Shown one piece after another: positions 38,195-48,142 of a stretch of 64,000 nt of DNA. A program made the position numbers and the translations under genes. Each line of letters opens with the position of its first letter. The stretch's first letter is position 1. The stretch comes from Bacteroidota bacterium (lineage in GTDB: Bacteria; Bacteroidota; Bacteroidia; 2-12-FULL-35-15), in the NCBI GenBank assembly GCA_947447995.1, contig CANFLQ010000004.1, forward strand, positions 2,268 through 66,267, written 5' to 3'. Under the pieces are notes generated by a model. It saw only the letters and a list, made by a program, of their open reading frames with translations. It ran no database searches and had not been told where the DNA came from.

Positions 38195-38623
38195 TTATTC
38201 CACATCCAAATCCAAAACACTTTCAATTGCCAAACGGTACGAATCCATTCCGAAACCAGAAATAATACCTTTACATTTAGGAGCAATTAATGAAACATGT
38301 CTAAAGTCCTCGCGGGCATACACATTTGAAATGTGTACTTCTATAACAGGTGTGGTGATAGCAGCAATGGCATCGCGTATAGCAACAGAAGTGTGGGTAT
38401 AACCGCCAGCGTTTAAGATAATGCCATCATAGCTAAAGCCAACTTCATGAAGTTTATTAATTATTTCGCCTTCCACGTTGGTTTGGTAATATTCCAATTC
38501 AATGTTTTGAAAGCTATTTTGTAAGGTTATAAAATACTCATCGAAGTTTTGATTTCCGTAAACGGATGGCTCTCTTCTTCCTAATAAATTTAAGTTGGGT
38601 CCGTTAATTATTATTAGTTTCAT
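38195..38623 (-). CDS. aroQ: type II 3-dehydroquinate dehydratase
   Basis: IINGPNLNLLGRREP.VYG and HISN(V)..RE.FRH motifs. 142 aa. Confidence 0.92.
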   Translation of the reverse strand: MKLIIINGPNLNLLGRREPSVYGNQNFDEYFITLQNSFQNIELEYYQTNVEGEIINKLHEVGFSYDGIILNAGGYTHTSVAIRDAIAAITTPVIEVHISNVYAREDFRHVSLIAPKCKGIISGFGMDSYRLAIESVLDLDVE

Positions 38624-38634
38624 ACTTTTATGAG

Positions 38635-39621
38635 TTGATATTTGTTAGTAGTTTATCCTTTGTAAAGATAGGGCAAAATTTCAAATACCTAAATTTGTAT
38701 TTATATAAATCGAAAAATAATTTGAACTGGAAAGTGTACATACAAGGCTTTAAATCATTTTTGGCATTGGAAAAATCTTTGTCGGGTAATTCTATTGAAG
38801 CCTATTTGCACGATGTTGAAAAGCTTGTTCAGTTTCTGGAATTTAAAAAGTATGATTTTTCGCCAAAGGATATTGAGTTAAAACATTTACAGGAATTTTT
38901 AAAATGGATTAATGAACTGGGTATGAGCGCCACTTCACAAGCTCGGATAATAAGTGGAATAAAAGGGTTTTATAAATATTTGTTATTAGAAAACATTTTA
39001 AATAATGATCCAACTGCTTTGTTAGAAGCTCCGCGTTTGGGTCGTAAACTGCCGGATACATTGAGCACCGACGATATTAATAAAATTATTGATGCCATAG
39101 ATTTGAGTTTACCTGAAGGGCAAAGGAACAAAGCAATGCTTGAAACCATTTACAGTTGCGGGTTACGGGTAAGTGAGCTGGTGAATTTGAAAATATCTAA
39201 TCTTTTTTTTAACGATGGTTTTATAAAAGTAATTGGGAAAGGGGATAAGGAAAGGCTTGTGCCCATTGGTACTGTGGCTATAAAGCAAATAAATATTTAT
39301 AGAGATGAAATACGTTGTCATCTTGCCATTAAAAAAGACCAAGAAAATTTTTTGTTTTTAAACAGGCGTGGAGCAAAGCTTTCACGGGTAATGGTGTTTA
39401 CCATCATAAAACAATTAGCATTTAAAATTGGATTAAAAAAACACATCAGTCCGCACACATTCCGCCATTCATTTGCCACACATTTAATTGAGGGAGGAGC
39501 CGATTTGCGTGCTGTTCAGGAAATGTTGGGGCATGAATCCATCACTACTACGGAGATTTATACGCATCTCGACAGAGATTTTTTAAGGCAGGCGATCATA
39601 CAATTTCATCCGAGATCATAA
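38635..39621 (+). CDS. xerD: site-specific tyrosine recombinase XerD
   Basis: SGNSIEAYL.D...L core-binding domain. Catalytic R..(ELV.L), HTFRHSFATHL, GH.S..TT.IYTH. The true start may be the in-frame TTG at 38722, because the first ~29 codons look non-native. Confidence 0.88.
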   Translation: MIFVSSLSFVKIGQNFKYLNLYLYKSKNNLNWKVYIQGFKSFLALEKSLSGNSIEAYLHDVEKLVQFLEFKKYDFSPKDIELKHLQEFLKWINELGMSATSQARIISGIKGFYKYLLLENILNNDPTALLEAPRLGRKLPDTLSTDDINKIIDAIDLSLPEGQRNKAMLETIYSCGLRVSELVNLKISNLFFNDGFIKVIGKGDKERLVPIGTVAIKQINIYRDEIRCHLAIKKDQENFLFLNRRGAKLSRVMVFTIIKQLAFKIGLKKHISPHTFRHSFATHLIEGGADLRAVQEMLGHESITTTEIYTHLDRDFLRQAIIQFHPRS

Positions 39622-39780
39622 TTGAAAAAGTAGGAATTACGATTAACGAATTACGAAAACTATCTCATATCTATCTCTTGCACACTTTCTCGACTACGCT
39701 CGAAATGACAGCACACAATGTTAGTTCGAGCCCTTCGTCTTCGCTCAGGATAAACTCAGTTGAGAACAATCAAGATGGGC

Positions 39781-40734
39781 TTATTTTCTTGCGATTACTT
39801 TTTTTACTGCTTCCACAATGTTTACTGTATCCAAGCCATATTTGGTCATCAATTGATCAGGTGTTCCGCTTTCGCCGAAGGAATCATTAACGGCAACCAT
39901 TTCAAGTGGAGTAGGTAATTCACGTGCTAACAGTTGCGCAATGCTGTCGCCTAAACCACCGTTCATTTGGTGTTCTTCGGCTGTAACAACGCAACGTGTT
40001 TTTTTAGCGGATGCTATAACTGCTGCTGCATCTAAAGGTTTAATAGTATGAATGTTTATTACTTCTGCATCAATGCCTTGTTCGGCAAGTAATTCACCCG
40101 CTTCAATGGCTTTCCATACTAAATGTCCGGTTGCAAAAATGGTAACGTCTTTTCCTTCGTTTAACATTAACGCTTTACCAATTTCAAATTTTTGATCGGC
40201 AGGGGTAAAATTAGGAACAGCAGGGCGACCGAAACGCAAATAAACCGGACCGTGATGTTCGGCAATAGCAATGGTTGCAGCTTTTGTTTGATTAAAATCA
40301 CAAGGGTTGATAACCGTCATACCCGGCAACATTTTCATCAAACCAATGTCTTCTAATATTTGGTGAGTTGCGCCGTCTTCACCCAAAGTTAAACCGGCAT
40401 GGGATGCGCAAATTTTTACGTTCTTATCTGAATAAGCTACCGATTGACGTATTTGGTCATACACACGCCCGGTAGAAAAATTAGCGAACGTTCCTGTAAA
40501 AGGAATTTTACCACCAATAGTCATACCTGCAGCAATACCAATCATGTTTGCTTCGGCAATACCAATTTGAAAAAAGCGTTCCGGATGATCTTTTTTAAAG
40601 TCATCCATTTTTAAGGAAGTTGTTAAATCAGCACAAAGTGCAACTACATTAGGGTTTGTTTTTCCTAATACAGATAAACCTGCTCCAAATCCTGAACGTG
40701 TATCTTTTTTTTCGGTGTATGGGTATTTTTTCAT
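39781..40734 (-). CDS. transketolase, C-terminal half (pyrimidine-binding and C-terminal domains)
   Basis: ERFFQIGIAEANMIG.AAG and the GEDG.THQ motif. 317 aa, typical of split transketolase subunit B. Confidence 0.9.
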   Translation of the reverse strand: MKKYPYTEKKDTRSGFGAGLSVLGKTNPNVVALCADLTTSLKMDDFKKDHPERFFQIGIAEANMIGIAAGMTIGGKIPFTGTFANFSTGRVYDQIRQSVAYSDKNVKICASHAGLTLGEDGATHQILEDIGLMKMLPGMTVINPCDFNQTKAATIAIAEHHGPVYLRFGRPAVPNFTPADQKFEIGKALMLNEGKDVTIFATGHLVWKAIEAGELLAEQGIDAEVINIHTIKPLDAAAVIASAKKTRCVVTAEEHQMNGGLGDSIAQLLARELPTPLEMVAVNDSFGESGTPDQLMTKYGLDTVNIVEAVKKVIARK

Positions 40735-40796
40735 TTTATTCGTTGGTTATGTGTTTTTGATAAATGTAATATGAGTTTATAATATGATTTTTAGAG

Positions 40797-41234
40797 TTAT
40801 TTTCCCCTCAACTTAAATAATTCGTCAGTTGTAATAAAATTTGTAAAATCGTTTTTTGCAAGTCCTTTGATTAGCATTTTGTCGCCACTCCAAATTTTAC
40901 ATTTAAAATGTTTAGAGTAGGCAACATAGTGAATGTCTTTGGGGTCAACATCTGCAACAAGTTTTTCAGCCGCAAACCAAGTTGAAATTTTAATTTGTTC
41001 CTCAGAAATAAAGGTGATGTCTTTGTATATTTGAAACTCGGCTTCTTGAATATTTTTTAAAGTCAAACCTGAAATTTTAGTAAGTCGTGGATAATGTTTT
41101 TTAATTTCAATTCTTAAAAAATCAGGAGCAATAAAGTCGAAGTATTTTTCGGAGTTAATTAGTAAATCTCCAATTTTTCCATTGGTATTGAGGATAGCAC
41201 TAAAAACAATATTTGCGTCAACAATTATTTTCAC
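40797..41234 (-). CDS. PIN-domain toxin-like protein
   Basis: KIIVDANIV (first acidic residue), later DVDPKD and SGD acidic positions. GTG start overlaps the stop of the upstream small gene (GTGA). Confidence 0.75.
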   Translation of the reverse strand: MKIIVDANIVFSAILNTNGKIGDLLINSEKYFDFIAPDFLRIEIKKHYPRLTKISGLTLKNIQEAEFQIYKDITFISEEQIKISTWFAAEKLVADVDPKDIHYVAYSKHFKCKIWSGDKMLIKGLAKNDFTNFITTDELFKLRGK

Positions 41235-41437
41235 TTGGTAAAGCGTTTACGATTTTTAGCCCACCAAGAGGCATTTACCTCATCCGCAAGTTTGTCAACG
41301 TCAGTTTGTTTGGCTTTACTTTTTGAAGTTGCTTCTAAGTATTTTACATAGTCAATAAGTCGTTGAAGCCCAAAACTATCAACAGACGATGAAACTGTGA
41401 TTACGATTTGATTATTTGTTGTTCGTTCAATTAGCAT
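41231..41437 (-). CDS. putative antitoxin partner of the PIN protein
   Basis: 68-aa ORF with a 4-nt overlap with the PIN gene. Basic C-terminus (WWAKNRKRFTK). No family name recognised. Confidence 0.55.
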   Translation of the reverse strand: MLIERTTNNQIVITVSSSVDSFGLQRLIDYVKYLEATSKSKAKQTDVDKLADEVNASWWAKNRKRFTK

Positions 41438-41498
41438 TTTTGTAATTTTTTTATAACAAAGATAATGATTTTTTGGTCGCTCTATTTTTTGAAAATCA

Positions 41499-42911
41499 CT
41501 AATTTAATCTCACAGCAGTAGAAGTTCCCGAATCAATTTTAAATGATTTCTCAATCGAATAGATGGATTCTTTTGCATTTTTAGGGCGGTATTCAACGCG
41601 GTATCTTCCGGGTTGAAGTGTAATGGTTTCTGTAATCAGGTTACTATTCAAATTACACACCCAAACTATTTTACTTCCTTCTTCCAAATAAAGGCTGCCA
41701 GGACCTTCGCTTGGTTTTGATATGGTAACACTGCCTGCTTGTGGTATTTCCAATGTTGTGGTTTTGCTTTGCGCGATGTCTATTTTATCTAGTTTGATGC
41801 GCGGAAGCGTAAGTATTTCCAAATCATATTTTCCCACAATGTATTTTTCGGTGGTATTAAATTGTTGTACATGTAGCGTTTGCATGTCTTTATTTTTGCG
41901 GATAATACAATCAATACGGGTATTGCCAGCAGTTTTTAAATTCAAATAACCTTGAGGAGCATCCACAGCAATAATATTATGTTTTCCAGGTATTAGTTCA
42001 ATGCCTGTTTTTTCAACGGGAGGAATGGTATGTACCACCATTTTGTAGGTTCCTATAGGATCGATAACAATAGTATCCGGTACACCTCTGTTATTGATGG
42101 TGTGCATGTAATTGTAGCGGATAACACCGGAATGCTCTTCGTAAAAGGTCATGTTTACATCTGTTTCAGAAGGTCTCCCAATTTGATCGTTCAAATTAAC
42201 CTGAGCAGTAGTATTATTTAATGCCTGAGAGATAACAATCTTTAAAATATTTTTAAAACTTGCTTCGCTGGAAGCATCGTAAAATTTACCGATACAGCCA
42301 AATGAATTAATATAACTCTGATCGAGCCCGATACCGATAACAAATGGTTTTAAAACAATGCCTTTTTTTTGTAATGCTAGCGAAACAGCACAAGGATCGC
42401 CATCACATTCTTCGAGTCCATCGGTAATTAAAATGATGATATTTTTTACACTTTTGGTGGATGCCGTTGGAAAGTCGCCACCGCATTGTTCTAGCGTATA
42501 TGCGATTGGCGTTGTTCCTTTCGGAACAATCATTTTAAGTTTGTTCTTAATGGCTTGTACATTGTTTCTTCCAAAAGGAACTTCCAGTTTGGTATCGGTA
42601 CAACTACGTTCGGGACGTAATGGAACCTGATGCCCATACGGACGAAATGCCAGTTCTAGATTTTGAGAACCATCGATGCTGTCCAAAAATTCGCTCAAAA
42701 GCTTTTTTGCAAGATCCATTTTCATACCGCTTTGCCATTGACCAAACATGCTGAATGATGCGTCAAAAACAAATAAGATACGCGTTAATGGTTGATTAGG
42801 TAATTGTTGTTTTTTTTGTTGTGAACTTAGGTCAAAAGATAATAAGTTAAAAGTCAAAAAAAGAACGACTCCTAATAACCTCATCCTAAATTTTGACATT
42901 TTAATTAACAT
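41499..42911 (-). CDS. von Willebrand factor type A (vWA) domain protein with a C-terminal beta-rich extension
   Basis: Signal peptide or anchor. MIDAS motif DASFSM, later GTTPIA and ILITDG. ~230-aa uncharacterised C-terminal region. Confidence 0.85.
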   Translation of the reverse strand: MLIKMSKFRMRLLGVVLFLTFNLLSFDLSSQQKKQQLPNQPLTRILFVFDASFSMFGQWQSGMKMDLAKKLLSEFLDSIDGSQNLELAFRPYGHQVPLRPERSCTDTKLEVPFGRNNVQAIKNKLKMIVPKGTTPIAYTLEQCGGDFPTASTKSVKNIIILITDGLEECDGDPCAVSLALQKKGIVLKPFVIGIGLDQSYINSFGCIGKFYDASSEASFKNILKIVISQALNNTTAQVNLNDQIGRPSETDVNMTFYEEHSGVIRYNYMHTINNRGVPDTIVIDPIGTYKMVVHTIPPVEKTGIELIPGKHNIIAVDAPQGYLNLKTAGNTRIDCIIRKNKDMQTLHVQQFNTTEKYIVGKYDLEILTLPRIKLDKIDIAQSKTTTLEIPQAGSVTISKPSEGPGSLYLEEGSKIVWVCNLNSNLITETITLQPGRYRVEYRPKNAKESIYSIEKSFKIDSGTSTAVRLN

Positions 42912-42970
42912 ATTTTTCTTTTGATTACTAATTTCCCTGTTTCCTATTCGCTATTTTCTATTCGCTAAAA

Positions 42971-43816
42971 TTAATAATCTCCCAACGTTTCCGCATTTTG
43001 ACTTAAAGCAATTGCCAACTGTTCGTTGTTAGGTGCTTGCCCGTGCCATTTGTGGGTGTGCATCATAAAATCAACTCCGTTGCCCATAATGGTAGTCATG
43101 AGTATCATTACCGGTTTCCCTTTCCCTGTATGTGTTTTAGCAATTTTTAAGGTTTCAATTACTTCAGTAATATTGTTACCATTCATTGCAAGTACATCCC
43201 AGCCAAAGGCTTCCCACTTCGCTTTTAGGCTTCCCATCGCCAAAACATCATCGGTAGAACCGTCAATTTGTTGTCCGTTCATATCGATTGTTGAAATGAT
43301 ATTGTCCACTTTTTTTGCTGAGGCATACATGGCAGCTTCCCAAACTTGCCCTTCCTGCAATTCACCATCACCACACAAAGTATAAATGATAGAATTGTCA
43401 TTATTTAATTTTTTAGCAAGCGCAGCGCCAATAGCAACTGATAAACCTTGTCCCAATGAACCTGATGCAATGCGAATGCCCGGCAAACCTTCGTGTGTAG
43501 TGGGGTGTCCTTGTAAACGGGTATTTAATTTACGAAATGTAGCTAATTCCTTTACAGGAAAATAGCCCGAATGTGCTAAAACACTATAAAAAACAGGGGA
43601 AATATGTCCGTTGGAAAGAAAAAACAGGTCTTCGTTTTTGCCATCCATCGAAAAGCTTTTTGGATTGTGCTTCATGATGTCGAAATAAAGCGAAACAAAA
43701 AATTCGGTACAACCCAATGATGCTCCCGGATGCCCTGAATTTACAGCGTGAACCATTCTAACAATGTCTCTGCGAACCTGATTGCAAATGTTTTCTAATT
43801 CTTGAACTGAAGCCAT
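42971..43816 (-). CDS. transketolase, N-terminal half (TPP-binding domain)
   Basis: SGHPG.SLG, GHP, GSLGQGL and CGDGELQEG motifs. 281 aa. Confidence 0.9.
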   Translation of the reverse strand: MASVQELENICNQVRRDIVRMVHAVNSGHPGASLGCTEFFVSLYFDIMKHNPKSFSMDGKNEDLFFLSNGHISPVFYSVLAHSGYFPVKELATFRKLNTRLQGHPTTHEGLPGIRIASGSLGQGLSVAIGAALAKKLNNDNSIIYTLCGDGELQEGQVWEAAMYASAKKVDNIISTIDMNGQQIDGSTDDVLAMGSLKAKWEAFGWDVLAMNGNNITEVIETLKIAKTHTGKGKPVMILMTTIMGNGVDFMMHTHKWHGQAPNNEQLAIALSQNAETLGDY

Positions 43817-44060
43817 ATTTTATTAATTTGAAGATTTGACAATGTGCTGATGTGCTAATGTTTTATATACTTAAAAAACATTTTTGAAATTTGATAAATT
43901 TTAAATTAAATTACGCTCATTATTTAATTGTTTTAAATATAATGGTGGTCAAAAGTATAGTTTTTTATGCGAATAAGAGGCTTTGTTGACAATATTTATT
44001 CGTTGTTGAAAACTCATTTAATAAGGTTTTTCTGGCGATTAATAAAATGGCATATTTTGG

Positions 44061-44068
44061 TATCTTTG
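44061..44068 (+). promoter_or_regulatory. candidate -7 box TATCTTTG upstream of ychF
   Basis: Matches TAnnTTTG, 82 nt upstream of ATG 44150. Motif match only. Confidence 0.25.
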
Positions 44069-44149
44069 TTCTTCGGTAAAAATGAGCAAATAGCTAAATA
44101 CGTGCTACTTTATACTTAATACTTTGTACTAAATACTAAAAACTAAATT

Positions 44150-45250
44150 ATGGCATTACAGTGTGGCATTGTGGGGTTACCCAACGTAGGAAAATCAACT
44201 CTTTTTAATTGTTTATCAAATGCAAAAGCGCAAGCGGCAAACTTTCCGTTTTGTACGATAGAGCCTAATGTGGGTGTAATTACAGTTCCTGATGAACGAC
44301 TTTCGGCACTTGAAAAAATTGTAAAACCGGAACGTGTTGTTCCTACAACGGTTGAAATAGTTGACATTGCAGGATTAGTAAAAGGCGCTAGCAAAGGCGA
44401 AGGATTGGGAAATAAATTCCTTGCCAATATACGTGAAACAAATGCCATAATTCATGTGTTGCGTTGTTTTGATGACGACAATGTTATTCATGTGGATGGC
44501 TCTGTGAACCCTATCAGAGATAAAGAGATTATTGATACCGAATTGCAATTGAAAGATTTGGAATCGATTGATACCAAGTTGAAAAAGGTAGAGAAACAAG
44601 CAAAAACGGGCAATGACAAGGATGCTAAAAAAGCATTTGAAGTGTTAACAGATTTGAAAGCATTGTTGGAACAAGGAAAGTCGGCACGTTCGGCAAACCT
44701 TTCACCTGTGGATGAACAATATGTTGCAGATTGTTGTTTGCTTACAATTAAGCCTGTATTGTACGTTTGCAATGTGGATGAGGCATCTGTAATCAATGGA
44801 AATAAATACGTAGATGCTGTCAAGGACGCTGTAAAAGCGGAGAATGCAGAGGTGTTAATCATCACGGCACAAATGGAAGCGGAAATTGCAAGTTTAGAAA
44901 CTTATGAAGAACGTCAAATGTTCCTTGCCGAAATGGGTTTGCCTGAACCGGGCGTTAATAAATTAATCAAAGCGGCTTACCGCATTTTAAATTTACAAAC
45001 GTATTTTACTGCAGGGGTGAAGGAAGTGCGTGCATGGACAATCAACAAAGGCATGACGGCACCACAGGCAGCCGGTGTTATTCATACTGATTTTGAAAAA
45101 GGATTCATCAGAGCTGAAGTGATAAAATACAACGATTTTATTACGCTAGGTTCTGAAGCGGCTTGCAAAGAAGCTGGGAAAATGGGCGTTGAAGGAAAGG
45201 AATATGTAGTGAACGATGGCGATATGATGCACTTTAGGTTTAACGTATAA
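44150..45250 (+). CDS. ychF: redox-regulated ATPase YchF
   Basis: GIVGLPNVGKSTLFN, FPFCTIEPN, DIAGLV.GAS.GEGLGN.FL, and the C-terminal TGS domain (F.RAEV..Y.D). Confidence 0.93.
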   Translation: MALQCGIVGLPNVGKSTLFNCLSNAKAQAANFPFCTIEPNVGVITVPDERLSALEKIVKPERVVPTTVEIVDIAGLVKGASKGEGLGNKFLANIRETNAIIHVLRCFDDDNVIHVDGSVNPIRDKEIIDTELQLKDLESIDTKLKKVEKQAKTGNDKDAKKAFEVLTDLKALLEQGKSARSANLSPVDEQYVADCCLLTIKPVLYVCNVDEASVINGNKYVDAVKDAVKAENAEVLIITAQMEAEIASLETYEERQMFLAEMGLPEPGVNKLIKAAYRILNLQTYFTAGVKEVRAWTINKGMTAPQAAGVIHTDFEKGFIRAEVIKYNDFITLGSEAACKEAGKMGVEGKEYVVNDGDMMHFRFNV

Positions 45251-45253
45251 ATT

Positions 45254-45320
45254 AAGTTCAAAGTTATAAAGTTCAAAGTTTAAAAGTTAGCGCAACTTTG
45301 AACTTTACAACTTTAAACTT
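45254..45320. repeat. cluster of AAGTTCAAAGTT 12-mers in direct and inverted orientation
   Basis: AAGTTCAAAGTT at 45254 and 45269. The inverted copy AACTTTGAACTT is at 45294 and the variant AACTTTAAACTT at 45309. The cluster lies between ychF and parE and could fold as an imperfect hairpin. Confidence 0.5.
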
Positions 45321-45335
45321 TCTAACTAAAAAAAG

Positions 45336-47186
45336 ATGGCAGAAAAAGAAGTAAAATATAACGAAGACAGCATCCGCACGCTGGAATGGAACGAACACAT
45401 CCGTTTGCGTCCTGGAATGTACATTGGTAAATTAGGCGATGGTTCTTCGGCCGATGACGGTATTTATATTTTATTGAAAGAGACCATTGATAACTGTATC
45501 GATGAGTTTGTAATGGGCAATGGAAGAAGCATTGATATTACCATAAAAGATAAATCGGTGCGTGTACGCGATTATGGACGCGGCATTCCGCTGGGTAAAG
45601 TGGTGGACGTTGTTTCTAAAATTAATACCGGTGCCAAATACGATTCGGAAGCATTTAAAAAATCGGTTGGTCTGAATGGTGTTGGTACCAAAGCGGTGAA
45701 CGCTTTGTCGAGTTACTTTAAAGTGCAATCCTTTAGAGATGATCAAACGAAAGCAGCAGAATTTTCGCAAGGGAATTTAACAAAGGAAGAGAAAATTGTT
45801 GCCTCTGATTCCCGTAAAGGAACGCTGGTACAGTTTATTCCCGACGAAAAAATATTTGGTAATTTCCATTTCATCAATGAATATGTTGAAAAAATGCTTT
45901 GGAATTATGCCTACCTCAACAGAGGACTAACTATTAATTACAACGGACAAAAATTTCATTCCGAACACGGATTATTAGACCTGCTACAACAAAATATAAC
46001 AGGACCAATCTTATATCCAATCATTCACCTGGAAGGCTTTGATATTGAAGTTGCCTTAACACATAGCAACCAGCAATACGGCGAAGAATATTATTCGTTT
46101 GTAAACGGACAACATACTACACAAGGAGGAACGCACCAGGGTGCATTCAGAGAAGCGGTGGTAAAAACAGTTCGTGAATTTTTTAAGAAAGATTACGAAG
46201 CGGTAGATGTCCGCACATCTATCATTGCTGCGGTGAGTATAAAAGTACAGGAACCCATTTTTGAATCACAAACAAAAACCAAATTAGGTTCTCAGGAAAT
46301 TGGTCCGAAAAGTCCTTCGGTTAAGGCATTTGTTGGTGATTTTTTAAAGACCGAATTAAATAATTTTCTTCATAAAAATTCCGAAGTAGCACAAGCGATT
46401 CTCCAAAAGATTGTTCAGAACGAGCGTGAACGTAAGGATTTGCAAGGTATTCAAAAGCTTGCCCGCGACAGAGCGAAAAAATCAAATCTTCACAACAAAA
46501 AATTGCGCGATTGCAGGGTTCATTTAACATCCAACGACGAACGTAAATTAGATACTACTTTATTTATTTGTGAGGGTGATTCGGCAAGTGGTTCTATTAC
46601 CAAAACCCGAGATGTGAATACACAAGCGGTATTCAGTTTGAAAGGAAAACCGTTAAATGCTTTCGGTCTGACAAAGAAGATCGTTTACGAAAATGAAGAA
46701 TTTAATTTGTTACAAGCCGCTTTAAATATTGAAGATGGTATAGAACATTTACGTTACAACAATATTGTGGTTGCTACCGATGCCGATGTGGACGGAATGC
46801 ACATACGATTATTATTGATGACGTTCTTCCTTCAGTTTTTTCCTGATTTAGTAAAAAATGGACATGTGTATATTTTGCAAACACCTTTGTTCCGCGTTCG
46901 TAATAAAAAAGAAACCATTTATTGTTATAGTGAATTAGAACGCAGAGATGCAATTGCTAAACTTGGTACTAAGCCTGAGATAACCCGATTTAAAGGTTTA
47001 GGAGAAATTTCTCCCGATGAGTTTAAATTATTTATTGGTAAAGATATTCGTAAAGATCCTGTTATTATTGGTAAAGACAGAACCATTATAGATATGTTAA
47101 GTTATTATATGGGAAAAAACACACCGGAGCGACAGGATTTTATTATTGATAATTTGGTGGTGGAGAAGGATTTTGTGGAGGAATAG
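45336..47186 (+). CDS. parE: DNA topoisomerase IV subunit B (type IIA topoisomerase B subunit)
   Basis: GHKL ATPase N-box (E..DN.IDE). LNGVG. TOPRIM (EGDSA..., D.D.DG.HI). At 616 aa it is shorter than GyrB, and it is paired with a ParC-like gene downstream. Confidence 0.88.
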   Translation: MAEKEVKYNEDSIRTLEWNEHIRLRPGMYIGKLGDGSSADDGIYILLKETIDNCIDEFVMGNGRSIDITIKDKSVRVRDYGRGIPLGKVVDVVSKINTGAKYDSEAFKKSVGLNGVGTKAVNALSSYFKVQSFRDDQTKAAEFSQGNLTKEEKIVASDSRKGTLVQFIPDEKIFGNFHFINEYVEKMLWNYAYLNRGLTINYNGQKFHSEHGLLDLLQQNITGPILYPIIHLEGFDIEVALTHSNQQYGEEYYSFVNGQHTTQGGTHQGAFREAVVKTVREFFKKDYEAVDVRTSIIAAVSIKVQEPIFESQTKTKLGSQEIGPKSPSVKAFVGDFLKTELNNFLHKNSEVAQAILQKIVQNERERKDLQGIQKLARDRAKKSNLHNKKLRDCRVHLTSNDERKLDTTLFICEGDSASGSITKTRDVNTQAVFSLKGKPLNAFGLTKKIVYENEEFNLLQAALNIEDGIEHLRYNNIVVATDADVDGMHIRLLLMTFFLQFFPDLVKNGHVYILQTPLFRVRNKKETIYCYSELERRDAIAKLGTKPEITRFKGLGEISPDEFKLFIGKDIRKDPVIIGKDRTIIDMLSYYMGKNTPERQDFIIDNLVVEKDFVEE

Positions 47187-47214
47187 GGAGCCCCAATAAA
47201 TACGTTTTTGTATA

Positions 47215-47423
47215 AGGTCGCTCCTATGGAGCTTGGTATAGTTTGAGGATGTGTATTTCTACAAACAGTTTGCTCCTACGGAGCAAAATTTAGAGCCAAA
47301 GAGAGACGAATTGTTTGTGAAAAAGTTATTAGTATACTATTTTAAAGCTCCAGAGGAGCGACCTGTTTGTAGAAAAGAATAATATAGTAAGTAAAATAAG
47401 CTCCGTAGGAGCGACCTGTAGAA
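47215..47423. repeat. REP composite unit 1 (4 REP palindromes, MITE-like)
   Basis: REPs at 47217-47232, 47259-47284 (forward), and 47347-47372, 47400-47422 (inverted). Core is GCTCC-NNN-GGAGC plus a (G/A)A(C/A)CTGTTTGTAG tail. The unit ends 1 nt before the RAYT ATG. Confidence 0.8.
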
Positions 47424-47921
47424 ATGCCCAATACGTATTCACAAATTTATATTCAGATAGTATTTGCTGTAAAAGGTAGAGATAACCTAATATCTAAAAA
47501 TAATCGTGAAGAATTGCATAAGTATATTTCAGGTATAATTCAAAGTCGTGAACAAAAGTTATTGTCGATATTTTGTATGCCGGATCATACGCATATATTA
47601 ATTGGGATAAAGCCGTCCATCGCTATTTCAGATTTGGTAAGGGATATAAAAGCAGGTTCCTCCCATTTTATTAATGAGCAAAAATGGGTGAAAGGTAAAT
47701 TTAATTGGCAAGAAGGTTTTGGCGCATTCTCCTATTCTAAAAGTCAAATTGACGACGTAATAAAATATATTTTAAATCAGGAAGAACATCATAAAAAAAA
47801 TTCCTTTAAAGAAGAATACATTAATTTTTTAAAGAAATTTGAAATTGAATATGATGAAAAATATTTGTTTGATTGGGTTGAAAATCAACAGGCCGCTCCT
47901 ACGGAGCTTGGTATAGTGTGA
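47424..47921 (+). CDS. REP-associated tyrosine transposase (RAYT; IS200/IS605-like Y1 transposase)
   Basis: HUH motif (PDHTHILIG). Catalytic Tyr region (VIKYILNQEEHH). 165 aa. REP clusters flank it on both sides, and its last codons (AAPTELGIV) are REP sequence. Confidence 0.88.
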   Translation: MPNTYSQIYIQIVFAVKGRDNLISKNNREELHKYISGIIQSREQKLLSIFCMPDHTHILIGIKPSIAISDLVRDIKAGSSHFINEQKWVKGKFNWQEGFGAFSYSKSQIDDVIKYILNQEEHHKKNSFKEEYINFLKKFEIEYDEKYLFDWVENQQAAPTELGIV

Positions 47922-48098
47922 GGCTGTTTTATTTCTACAAACAGTTTGCTCCTACGGAGCATATTTTATATGCCTCAGAGAGGCGACCTGTTTGTAGAAA
48001 AAGAATAGTGTAGTAGGTATAATAAGCTCCAGAGGAGCAAACTGTTTGTAGAAAAAATTAATAGTAAGTAAAATTAAGCTCCGTAGGAGCGACCTGTA
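47892..48098. repeat. REP composite unit 2 (5 REP palindromes)
   Basis: REPs at 47892-47907, 47936-47960 (forward); 47972-47997 (variant GCCTC-AGA-GAGGC), 48026-48051 and 48078-48098 (inverted). Confidence 0.8.
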
Positions 48099-48142
48099 AA
48101 ATAATTTTTGTGATTACTTCACAAATAAAAAAGTAAAAAAAG

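Noticed and set aside
39678-39890. 70-aa plus-strand ORF (MHTFSTTLEMTAHNVSSSPSSSLRINS...)
   Set aside because: It translates intergenic repeat-like sequence (tcgactacgctcgaaatgac, cttcgctcaggataaactc) and then runs antisense into the transketolase gene. This is typical of spurious calls over Bacteroidota intergenic repeats.
44143-45276. Minus-strand ORFs overlapping ychF (44143-44448, 44375-44599, 44488-44865, 45082-45276)
   Set aside because: They are antisense to a highly conserved GTPase/ATPase gene and have no independent support.
47424-47921. An autonomous IS200/IS605 insertion sequence
   Set aside because: The Y1 transposase is flanked by REP clusters rather than IS200-type subterminal hairpin ends, and there is no TnpB. 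This fits a domesticated RAYT better than an IS.
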